Shown here one piece after another: positions 52,870-60,696 of a stretch of DNA of 64,000 nt; within the stretch, counting starts at the first letter, position 1, and each line of letters starts with the position of its first letter. The stretch lies in contig CARNVA010000002.1 of the NCBI GenBank assembly GCA_949031345.1, positions 44,532-108,531 on the forward strand, written 5' to 3'. Both the position numbers and the translations under genes were made by a program. The notes beneath the pieces were generated by a model. It was not told the origin of the DNA and made no database searches. It saw nothing but the letters and a program-made list of their open reading frames with translations. This stretch comes from an uncultured Eubacteriales bacterium. Lineage in GTDB: Bacteria; Bacillota; Clostridia; Christensenellales; UBA1242.

Positions 52870-52999
52870 AATACTCTCCTGCAATATTATTGACAAGAAA
52901 TTTATTTGATAAACCTTTTATGAATAAAAATATCAACTTTTCACACACTAAATTTGATATTTTAGTTTATACTTAAATGATTTTATATATGGAGGTTTT

Positions 53000-54304
53000 A
53001 TGAAAAAACTGGCAATCGCATTTTTGTTGTTATTATCTTCAATTACAATGGTTGGCTGCTCAAATAAAAGCACAAAAGCACTCTCTGCTTTTGACAACCA
53101 GCTCGATTATGTGGAAGAAATTGTTGGCTCAACAAATTCAAGTGAGGTTTCAGAGGTAAGTCCTTCAGTCATATATTCAAGCCCAATGTCAAAACATGAC
53201 ATTCAAAACAATCAAGCTGTCGCTTACAACAATCTTACACGCGAAGAAGAAATAAGAGCTCAAGTATTGGCTTTGAATGCATATCTTAAATCTTTTTCAT
53301 GTGATAAGCTTAAGCTCAATAAATCACAGTCTCAAGCTTTAAATACCCTTTCAAACAATATAAAAAAATACACTTCACAACTTAAAAATACGAAAAGTGA
53401 AGTTAAATCACAAGTAACAAACATTAAAAAAGGTCTAAAAAATAATAAAACATCTACAGAAGCAATTAAATCTTCCTACACCACACTAAACAACAGCATG
53501 AATGAACGCTATGTCTGCCTTTGCAATATTTTCAACAATCTAGAGCAAGCGTACATTATAGTCTATAAGGACTGCGAGAACATTAAATCACAGCCATCAA
53601 ATCAAACACAAATAGAAAAAGACAGCTCTCAAACTGATGAAAATAACACAAACAAAGCTCAAGACAACAAAAACACAGCGAAAGAAAACAAAACTTTCAA
53701 GAAAAATATTGACAGTTATAATTTTGATAGACCTATAAAAGAAAATAAGCAAAACAATCAATATAACAATTATTATCAATATCCTTCACAAAACAGAATG
53801 CCTTACAACATGCAAAATCCACCTTACGGTCATACAAGTTACCCTGCACCATATTATCCAAATGGATATGGTTATTCACCATATAACATGTACGGTTATG
53901 GAAATAACTATTTCAATGGCATATATGGTTATAATGGCTTATATAACAACCAATTTAACCCATCATCACGAAACACCGACACTTTCTATTCTTTAAATAG
54001 AAATATTGACACTTACAGATTTAATCCCAACATAACCGCTGGGAATATGCAAAACAATGCTCCTTTTATTAACAACCAATTAAATCAAAATTCTTCTGCT
54101 ATTCAAAATGCAGAAACTAAAACAGAGACAACACAGACAGAACAAAGTCAAGATGAATCAAACACAATACCTATTATAAAAAATGACTGCACAAACAACT
54201 GCCTTAACTTAATTCAAGACAGCGAAAATGATACCTTAACAAAAGACAATTTTATAAATAAAAAATTAAATCAAAAAGCAGAATGTGATAAAGAAATTTG
54301 TTGA
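53000..54304 (+). CDS. lipoprotein with coiled-coil N-half and Tyr/Asn/Gly/Gln-rich low-complexity C-half
   Basis: Signal peptide plus lipobox (ITMVGC) and GGAGG RBS. Residues about 250-330 read YNNYYQYPSQNRMPYNMQNPPYGHTSYPAPYYPNGYGYSPYNMYGYGNNYFNGIYGYNGLYNNQF. Confidence 0.7.
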   Translation: MKKLAIAFLLLLSSITMVGCSNKSTKALSAFDNQLDYVEEIVGSTNSSEVSEVSPSVIYSSPMSKHDIQNNQAVAYNNLTREEEIRAQVLALNAYLKSFSCDKLKLNKSQSQALNTLSNNIKKYTSQLKNTKSEVKSQVTNIKKGLKNNKTSTEAIKSSYTTLNNSMNERYVCLCNIFNNLEQAYIIVYKDCENIKSQPSNQTQIEKDSSQTDENNTNKAQDNKNTAKENKTFKKNIDSYNFDRPIKENKQNNQYNNYYQYPSQNRMPYNMQNPPYGHTSYPAPYYPNGYGYSPYNMYGYGNNYFNGIYGYNGLYNNQFNPSSRNTDTFYSLNRNIDTYRFNPNITAGNMQNNAPFINNQLNQNSSAIQNAETKTETTQTEQSQDESNTIPIIKNDCTNNCLNLIQDSENDTLTKDNFINKKLNQKAECDKEIC

Positions 54305-54315
54305 TAAATTGAAAA

Positions 54316-54348
54316 TAAAAAAATCCTATTAAACAATAGGATTTTTTA
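54316..54348. terminator. bidirectional terminator
   Basis: A-run, stem AATCCTATT/AATAGGATT, then T-run, between convergent genes. Confidence 0.75.
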
Positions 54349-54351
54349 TTA

Positions 54352-55464
54352 TTATTTTACCTCTTGATAGTTGTTGCTTTCATCGAGTTTGTAATATGTG
54401 ATGTTATTTCTGTTTGCATTATAAATTGCAATATCATAGTTTGTTGTATCTGCAAATTCAAGCAAGAAACTATTGCTCAAATTGGTCAAGTTGCCAATTT
54501 TTGAAGGTGCAACTGAAATAAATATGTCAATTTTTGATTTGTATGTTTCATTGCAATCTGTCATATTTATTCCGAAAACCGCACAAGATTTTTCCGGAGT
54601 CAAGAAATCAAAAGTTGAAGAGGTATAACCTGAACAAAATGCTTCTGGGTTAAAGAAGAATATAAACTCAGCTGGTATTGTTGAATCAACATCAATAAGG
54701 CCAAGACTCTTCAAATGTTCAAGTTTTCCATTCACTGAATTTGTTGGATTTCTTGGATGACCTTTGTAATAATAAACATATTCGTCACCATAATAAGCAA
54801 TTACAGATTTTACATATTCATCAAAGTTTGTAGCAATTTCTGTTTCAGTCCAAGTGCCTAAAATAACCATTACCTTTTTATTTTCAGTCACAGCTTTTTC
54901 AAACATACCCTCACTGAAATTATAAAGTTTTTTAAGTTTATCAATACTCAAATATTGGTTTTCGCTTTGATCATTTTGAATTGCAGACAGCAATTTGCCT
55001 AAATCTTTAACCTTTATTTTTGAATTATTTTCAACTTTACTGTAAAAGTCTGGGTTATTTGGAGCTAAAGTGCCACTTATTCTGGTAAGCCACCATTCTA
55101 TATTTTCTTCTTCAGATGCGATTACATAAGAATAATCTTGAAGGTCATACGCGTTAATAACGCCAGTTGTATATCTTCCATAATATCTAGATTTTGCAAC
55201 ATCTTTTTTGAGTTGAGTCCATTTGCCTACCATTTTATCATACTCGGCATCTGCATTTTCATTATTAAAGTGATTATTGAAAAATAAAAATGAAGCTGAC
55301 CCGTCAGATAACAAAACTACATGGTAGTTTTCTGAAGGTATTCCATTTGCAATAGTAGCTTGTACATATGCATAATTGAAAAAGTCACTGTAATATAAAT
55401 TAAACTTTGATTGATTGTTTACCTCATACAATTCTTTAACATAATTTGCTGTATCAGTAAACAT
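54352..55464 (-). CDS. GT80-like sialyltransferase homolog, C-terminal 370-aa part (catalytic GT-B core)
   Basis: Ordered motifs LLSDGSAS, ILGTWTE, YYYKGHPRNP and SGYTSSTF match the DDG, TTWEG, KGHP and SS motifs of PM0188/Photobacterium enzymes, recalled from memory. Confidence 0.65.
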   Translation of the reverse strand: MFTDTANYVKELYEVNNQSKFNLYYSDFFNYAYVQATIANGIPSENYHVVLLSDGSASFLFFNNHFNNENADAEYDKMVGKWTQLKKDVAKSRYYGRYTTGVINAYDLQDYSYVIASEEENIEWWLTRISGTLAPNNPDFYSKVENNSKIKVKDLGKLLSAIQNDQSENQYLSIDKLKKLYNFSEGMFEKAVTENKKVMVILGTWTETEIATNFDEYVKSVIAYYGDEYVYYYKGHPRNPTNSVNGKLEHLKSLGLIDVDSTIPAEFIFFFNPEAFCSGYTSSTFDFLTPEKSCAVFGINMTDCNETYKSKIDIFISVAPSKIGNLTNLSNSFLLEFADTTNYDIAIYNANRNNITYYKLDESNNYQEVK

Positions 55465-55481
55465 CTTCTGATATTCACTTT

Positions 55482-56045
55482 CTAAAAGTTACCAGTAGAT
55501 GCAATTGGCATAGGATATACATTTTCGGTAAGTTCATTCCAATCCCATGCTCCGCTTCTTTGAAGCCATACAAATGTTGGTATTCTTCCATTATCTGTTA
55601 TCTCTGGCAATGACAAACTGAAAAGCGATACAGACATTGTTCCTGTAATTGGTGCAATGTTATATTCATCAGCAAACAAATTTACTCTCTTTGTCTCTGA
55701 AGTTTTATATATTCCCTTTTTGATTTCAACCTCAACCGTCATTTTTCCATAGTATGCATCAACATTTGCATTGCCCTTAGCAATGTCATAATATTTTGTT
55801 GTGGTTTTTTGACTTACTAAATCTCCGCCATGATAAACTGAAATAGTAATTTTATCAACTGGCTTTGAAGTATCCCATTCAACATTTATTTGCTGGGTTT
55901 GTCCAACTTGGCTTGCATTTATTTTTAAATCAACTTTTAAAGCTACGCAATATACTATAGGAAATATAATTACAAAAGCAAGAATGATTGCACAAACAAC
56001 TAAAGTCGGCACCCATATCTTTTTTGGTAAATTAAAAAATTTCAT
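55482..56045 (-). CDS. membrane-anchored beta-rich protein; probable N-terminal part of the GT80-like protein
   Basis: TM anchor, about 100 aa of beta-rich sequence, then ITGTMSVSLFSLSLPEI resembling the first Rossmann strand of PmST1. Strong RBS GAGGGAGGAG. Ends 17 nt before, and out of frame with, the next ORF. Confidence 0.55.
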   Translation of the reverse strand: MKFFNLPKKIWVPTLVVCAIILAFVIIFPIVYCVALKVDLKINASQVGQTQQINVEWDTSKPVDKITISVYHGGDLVSQKTTTKYYDIAKGNANVDAYYGKMTVEVEIKKGIYKTSETKRVNLFADEYNIAPITGTMSVSLFSLSLPEITDNGRIPTFVWLQRSGAWDWNELTENVYPMPIASTGNF

Positions 56046-56065
56046 ACTCCTCCCTCACAAATTTT

Positions 56066-56093
56066 ATTATACTTTAATACCAATTAAAGTCAA
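56066..56093 (-). promoter_or_regulatory. sigma-A type promoter of the GT80-like locus
   Basis: Minus strand TTGACT (56093-56088), 16-nt spacer, TATAAT (56071-56066). Confidence 0.55.
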
Positions 56094-56171
56094 GTAATTT
56101 GTAAAAAAATATGGAATTTTGTAAAAAAAAATAATTTTTATTGTTAAACTAAATTTAAACGAGCTAACAAT

Positions 56172-56915
56172 TTATAAAGTAAGCTTGTTTCTTAAATTAT
56201 TTAAAATTTTATTTTCTAGTCTTGAGACTTGCACCTGCGAAATATTCAATTCTTTTGCAATTTCACTTTGAGTTTTATCAAAGTAATATCTAAGCAAAAT
56301 AATCTTACGATCCCTATAATCAAGATGTTTGACAAGCTCAGTAAGTGCAATATTGTCAATCATTTTACTATTTTCATCTTCCTGCGCTTCTATTCTGTCA
56401 ATAAGTGCCAAAGACTCAGATTCATCCTCGATTGGCGTATACAAAGAAAGCGGCATTTTCGCTGAATCCATTGCAAGAACGATTTCCTGCTGATCAACTT
56501 CAAAATGTATAGCAAGCTCTTCAATTGTAGGCACTCTCTCATTCTTTTGAGTAAATTCTTCCACATATCTATTTATTTGCAAATTCAAAGATTTCAACGC
56601 TCTTGACACCTTAATTGAGCCGTCATCGCGCATAAATCTCTTAATTTCTCCAATCACCATAGGTACAACATAGGTTGAAAATTTTACTCCAAAATCAGCA
56701 TTGAAATTTTTAATAGCTTTCAAAAATCCCATGCAACCAATTTGAAATAAATCGTCATACTCAACACCTTTATCTCTAAAGCGTTTTATTACACTCTTAA
56801 TGAGCGGTGAATTTTCCTCTATCAGCACCGATTTCGCTTCTTGGTCACCCTGTTGAGCTTTTTCGACCAATTGCAATATTATGGTGTTATCCAGCACTAC
56901 CCACCTGCAAAACAC
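56172..56915 (-). CDS. sigF: sporulation sigma factor SigF (SpoIIAC)
   Basis: Sigma-70 regions 2-4 (DDLFQIGCMGFLKAIKNF, SQSEIAKELNISQVQVSRLE). Third gene of the spoIIA operon. Start is ambiguous: GTG 56915 or GTG 56897 after AGGTGG. Confidence 0.9.
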   Translation of the reverse strand: MFCRWVVLDNTIILQLVEKAQQGDQEAKSVLIEENSPLIKSVIKRFRDKGVEYDDLFQIGCMGFLKAIKNFNADFGVKFSTYVVPMVIGEIKRFMRDDGSIKVSRALKSLNLQINRYVEEFTQKNERVPTIEELAIHFEVDQQEIVLAMDSAKMPLSLYTPIEDESESLALIDRIEAQEDENSKMIDNIALTELVKHLDYRDRKIILLRYYFDKTQSEIAKELNISQVQVSRLENKILNNLRNKLTL

Positions 56916-57339
56916 TGTTGCTTATCTGCTTATACATAGTCACAGTTGTTCCACCAAACTCATTTTTTTCAACTTCCACACCATCCATAAAACTTTCCAT
57001 AACAGTAAAACCCATTCCGCTTCTTTCTTCATCAGGCTTAGTCGTATAAAAAGGCTCTTTGGCTTTTTGAATATCTTTTATTCCAACACCTGCGTCTTTG
57101 ATTATAATCTTAACACTGTCTCCTTCAATTTCACATCGCATAGAAATCTCGCCTTCGCCATCTGGATAGGCATGAACAACACAATTTGTCACAGCTTCTG
57201 ATACTGATGTCTTAATATCGTCAAGTTCGTCAATAGATGGATTTAATTGCACACAAAATCCTGCAACGCATATTCTTGCAAAGCCCTCATTTATAGATAA
57301 AGCCTTGAATTTTACTTCCATAAAGTTTGATTTTGCCAT
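56887..57339 (-). CDS. spoIIAB: anti-sigma F factor (SpoIIAB serine kinase)
   Basis: HATPase_c motifs (EAVTNCVVHAY, DAGVGI, GMGFTVM). ATG 57339 has an AAGGAGAGG RBS. Confidence 0.92.
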   Translation of the reverse strand: MAKSNFMEVKFKALSINEGFARICVAGFCVQLNPSIDELDDIKTSVSEAVTNCVVHAYPDGEGEISMRCEIEGDSVKIIIKDAGVGIKDIQKAKEPFYTTKPDEERSGMGFTVMESFMDGVEVEKNEFGGTTVTMYKQISNSVLQVGSAG

Positions 57340-57349
57340 AACCTCTCCT

Positions 57350-57658
57350 TTAAACAATTTTAGGCATGATTTCATACAGCCCTGTCATTTTAAATATTTT
57401 CTCCGCCTGCTTAGATGGATTGCATATAAAAATTGGAATATTTCTATTTTTCATCTTCTTATATCTGCCTATAAGCACCCCTATTCCAGTGCTATCCATA
57501 AATTGAAGCTCTGATAAATCAATGATAATTTGATTAAAATCTCCTCCTGCAAATATGTCATCAAGCGTAATCCTTGTATGACTTGCAGAATGCTCGTCAA
57601 GTTCACCACAAAGCACAACATATAAAGTACCTTTATAAACTCTGCTTTTTATATGCAT
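57350..57658 (-). CDS. spoIIAA: anti-sigma F factor antagonist (SpoIIAA, STAS)
   Basis: 102 aa with the phosphorylatable FMDSTGIGVLIGRY motif. Confidence 0.92.
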   Translation of the reverse strand: MHIKSRVYKGTLYVVLCGELDEHSASHTRITLDDIFAGGDFNQIIIDLSELQFMDSTGIGVLIGRYKKMKNRNIPIFICNPSKQAEKIFKMTGLYEIMPKIV

Positions 57659-57770
57659 CTCTTCCTCCTTAAAAATCTACTTCTTTCATCAAGGCTATCT
57701 TAACACAATAACACTTGCGAAATTTAGATATTTTATAGGAAAAATAGAAAATAAATAAGAAAAATCAATT

Positions 57771-58505
57771 TTAAAATCTGACAGCACCACCAGAAACAGT
57801 TATCACCTCTCCCGTAATAAAAGAAGCTTCATCACTTGCCAAAAAGAATACAGTTGACGCAACATCTTCAGGCTGACCAATTCTTCTCATAGGCGTTACA
57901 CTCTCAAGTTGCTCTTTTTCAGTCTTTATATATTTTTCGGTCATCTTTGTTTCAATACAGCCTGGCGCAACACAATTCACCCTAACATTAAAATTACCGC
58001 ACTCCTGAGATAAAGCTTTAGAAAGCGCGATAAGTCCTCCTTTTGCCGCTGAATAAACACTTTCACAAGCACCACCATAAATCCCATAAATTGATGAAAT
58101 AAAAATAATAGAGCCATGCTTTATTTTACTGAAATACTGAGCAGCCTCTTTAGCACAATAAATGCCACCTTTTAAATTAACATCAATAATATCGTCAATA
58201 TCCTCTAGATTTTCGTCAAATAAAAGTTTTTCATCCAGAGATAAACCTGCACAATAAACAACGCAATCTAAATATTCAGTCTCATTCTTCAACCAAGCAA
58301 AAAGTTTCTCATAATCAGAATAGAATTTCACATTCAATTTGAAACTTTCAAATCTTGCACCAAGATTTTCACAGTTGAATTTTAAGTCTTCCACCTCACT
58401 ATTATTATAACTTACAAAAACATCATAATTATTTTCGGCAAATTTTAAAGCGATTGCCCTGCCTATCCCACTCGACCCACCTACTATTAAAACACTTTTC
58501 CTCAT
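57771..58505 (-). CDS. SDR-family oxidoreductase (FabG-like)
   Basis: GGSSGIGRA cofactor motif and catalytic YSAAK. Confidence 0.85.
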   Translation of the reverse strand: MRKSVLIVGGSSGIGRAIALKFAENNYDVFVSYNNSEVEDLKFNCENLGARFESFKLNVKFYSDYEKLFAWLKNETEYLDCVVYCAGLSLDEKLLFDENLEDIDDIIDVNLKGGIYCAKEAAQYFSKIKHGSIIFISSIYGIYGGACESVYSAAKGGLIALSKALSQECGNFNVRVNCVAPGCIETKMTEKYIKTEKEQLESVTPMRRIGQPEDVASTVFFLASDEASFITGEVITVSGGAVRF

Positions 58506-58751
58506 AAAAAGCTCTCCTTTTATATTTAAGTATAATTGATTTAACTTTCAAAAGCAAACATTTATAATAAAACAGCTTTTATATTGCAAAATATATCATT
58601 AAGCAATAAAATTTTCTTAAATTACAGTCTTTTAAATATATAAAAAACATAAAAAATCAGAATTTTACACCTGTTTAATGCTAAAAACACAGAAAAATTT
58701 AAAAAAATAGAAAAAAAATGTATATTTTTGTAAAATATTTTACAAAAATGC

Positions 58752-58780
58752 TTGCTATTTTTAAAATTATATATTATAAT
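58752..58780 (+). promoter_or_regulatory. sigma-A type promoter of the sRNA candidate
   Basis: TTGCTA (58752-58757), 17-nt spacer, TATAAT (58775-58780). Confidence 0.55.
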
Positions 58781-58786
58781 ACAAAT

Positions 58787-58877
58787 AGTTGCTTATCAGC
58801 AACAAATCCTAAGACTGACAATGCAAAAAACTGCATTGTCTAAAAAAAGCAAGTTATAATCCTCTTGCTTTTTTTAT
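58787..58877 (+). ncRNA. candidate small RNA (about 90 nt, three hairpins, own promoter and terminator)
   Basis: Hairpins GTTGCT/AGCAAC, GACAATGC/GCATTGTC, and the terminator AGCAAG/CTTGCT plus T7. No plus-strand gene lies downstream. Confidence 0.45.
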
Positions 58878-58932
58878 TTTAATTATCAGTTATTTTAACA
58901 AAGCAATTTTGATAATGACTAGCAGTAATAAC

Positions 58933-59217
58933 CTACAATGATTTATTTAAATCCTCATTACAGGCAGGCTTTTTATAATAGGCTGGTTTGAATACTTTTT
59001 CATGAAGAATAAAGAAAATAAACCCTAAATATGTGATGCATACCGTCATATAAACTGCAAATATAAAATTAAACTTTGTCGCGCAAAAATACGGAAACAG
59101 ATAGATAATAGAAAATAAAACAATAAACCCGTATTTTACTTTTAGCTCGGCATTTATAAGCCATATCAAACTCAGTATAAGTACTACGAACATGCTTGCG
59201 ATAATAAAAAATAACAT
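58933..59217 (-). CDS. hypothetical small membrane protein
   Basis: 94 aa with 3 hydrophobic helices. Confidence 0.45.
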   Translation of the reverse strand: MLFFIIASMFVVLILSLIWLINAELKVKYGFIVLFSIIYLFPYFCATKFNFIFAVYMTVCITYLGFIFFILHEKVFKPAYYKKPACNEDLNKSL

Positions 59218-59232
59218 TAAAGAGTATATAAT

Positions 59233-59517
59233 CTATATTAAATTCTCCTCTTTGCTTTGTCTGTATTTTGTACAATTTAAAACAAATCCAATTATGGCAA
59301 GAATTGATAACAATATTACAGCAATTATTGTTATTATTAAAAAAACATAGTTTACTGTAACCAAAGGACTGTTTTCGCCTATCGCATGCGTAATAGAAAA
59401 AACTTCTAAAAGCTCATAACAAGTTGCATCGCCAAAAAAAGGCGCTGCCATAAAACCGAACAGCAAAATACAAAAAATCAAACCTATTGCGTAATTGATT
59501 CGTTTTTCTTTTAACAT
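59233..59517 (-). CDS. hypothetical small membrane protein
   Basis: 94 aa with 2-3 hydrophobic helices. Confidence 0.45.
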   Translation of the reverse strand: MLKEKRINYAIGLIFCILLFGFMAAPFFGDATCYELLEVFSITHAIGENSPLVTVNYVFLIITIIAVILLSILAIIGFVLNCTKYRQSKEENLI

Positions 59518-59711
59518 AACTATATTATATCACATACTAAAGCAGTATGCAACGAAAATAATAATTCCAATAATAAACAAACACTAAACACTTATGCTCA
59601 TAGATAAAAAAAGACGAAATCTTATTCTTAAAAATACCGTAAAAATAATATAAAATTGCATAAATGTTCCTAAATTGTGCCTAAATAAAAAAAATACTAT
59701 AAATAGTAATA

Positions 59712-59742
59712 TAAAACAAAAATACACCACAATATATGGTGT
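59712..59742 (-). terminator. terminator of the tRNA operon
   Basis: Stem ACACCA/TGGTGT followed by a T-rich run on the minus strand, just after tRNA-Tyr. Confidence 0.65.
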
Positions 59743-59752
59743 ATTTATTGTT

Positions 59753-59837
59753 TGGTGGGCAGGGATGGATTCGAACCATCGAAGACGAAGTCGACGGATT
59801 TACAGTCCGTTGCATTTGGCCGCTCTGCAACCTACCC
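59753..59837 (-). tRNA. tRNA-Tyr (GTA)
   Basis: Manual fold. GGGTAGG acceptor, loop CTGTAAA, long variable arm, GGTTCGAAT T-loop, CCA encoded. Confidence 0.9.
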
Positions 59838-59869
59838 ATAAATTTAAAGCACCTTAATAGGTGCTTTTT

Positions 59870-59944
59870 TGGAGCTGGTGAAAGGAATCGAACCTTCAAC
59901 CTGCTGATTACAAGTCAGCTGCTCTACCATTGAGCCACACCAGC
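59870..59944 (-). tRNA. tRNA-Thr (TGT)
   Basis: GCTGGTG acceptor, anticodon stem GCTGA/TCAGC with loop CTTGTAA, CCA encoded. Confidence 0.9.
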
Positions 59945-60011
59945 ATTCTGTTTCTATAAAAGAAACTTGCAACCTAAGTGGAAATGAAATCTCAATTCCA
60001 CTTGGTCACCT

Positions 60012-60087
60012 TGGTGCCCTAAGGTGGAATCGAACCACCGACACAAGGATTTTCAGTCCTTTGCTCTGCCGACTGAGCTATCAGGGC
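60012..60087 (-). tRNA. tRNA-Phe (GAA)
   Basis: GCCCTGA acceptor, loop CTGAAAA, GGTTCGATT T-loop, CCA encoded. Confidence 0.9.
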
Positions 60088-60159
60088 TTAACTAAACCTC
60101 TACTCAAAAAAAATAACTTTTAAAAAGTTTTTGTTTAGCTTTTTTAACCCATAGGGTTA

Positions 60160-60236
60160 TGGCGACTCGAATGGGGCTCGAACCCACGACCTCCAGCGTG
60201 ACAGGCTGGCGTTCTAACCAACTGAACTACCGAGCC
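60160..60236 (-). tRNA. tRNA-Asp (GTC)
   Basis: GGCTCGG acceptor (two G-U pairs), stem CCAGC/GCTGG with loop CTGTCAC, discriminator G, CCA encoded. Confidence 0.88.
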
Positions 60237-60290
60237 ACATAATTTCTCATGTGTTTTTGTTTTACACCACCTTCTGTGTCAATAAGAAGA

Positions 60291-60367
60291 TGGTGGGCCT
60301 TCAGGGACTCGAACCCCGGACCGACCGGTTATGAGCCGGTTGCTCTAACCAACTGAGCTAAAGGCCC
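60291..60367 (-). tRNA. tRNA with CAT anticodon; acceptor resembles tRNA-Ile, so probably the lysidine-type tRNA-Ile2 rather than Met
   Basis: GGGCCTT..AAGGCCCA acceptor and loop CTCATAA. Not initiator-like: 1-72 is paired and the anticodon stem has no GGG/CCC. Confidence 0.8.
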
Positions 60368-60387
60368 ATTGACAAACTTGATTATAG

Positions 60388-60463
60388 TGGTCGGGGTGGA
60401 GGGTCTCGAACCCCCGACCTCATGGTCCCAAACCACGCGCTCTACCAACTGAGCCACACCCCG
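60388..60463 (-). tRNA. tRNA-Pro (TGG)
   Basis: CGGGGTG acceptor, loop TTTGGGA, CCA encoded. Confidence 0.9.
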
Positions 60464-60483
60464 TAAATCAAGTTTGCAATGCT

Positions 60484-60512
60484 ATTTTAATATATTTTAA
60501 TGCAGATGTCAA
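60484..60512 (-). promoter_or_regulatory. sigma-A promoter of the six-tRNA operon
   Basis: Minus strand TTGACA (60512-60507), 17-nt spacer, TAAAAT (60489-60484). Confidence 0.6.
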
Positions 60513-60696
60513 GAAAAATCTTAAAGTTTTTTCTAAAAATAACAAATTTTTACTTTATAAATGTTTAACATTTATTCAAAACTATATTTTAAAGCATATT
60601 ATTTGAAAAGCAGATTAAAAATATCTCCTCTTATAAACATTTGCTGCATAATTATTTTATGAAATTTTATATTATTTTGACATAAAAAAGTAATTT

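Noticed and set aside
52870-52999. Sigma-G/F promoter for the spoVA operon on the minus strand
   Set aside because: I could not find a convincing GnATA-17/18-CATnnTA match on that strand by eye, so I left it unannotated rather than guess.
59675-59933. ORFs of 60-72 aa on both strands
   Set aside because: They overlap tRNA-Tyr and tRNA-Thr, and their open frames are a by-product of the tRNA sequences.
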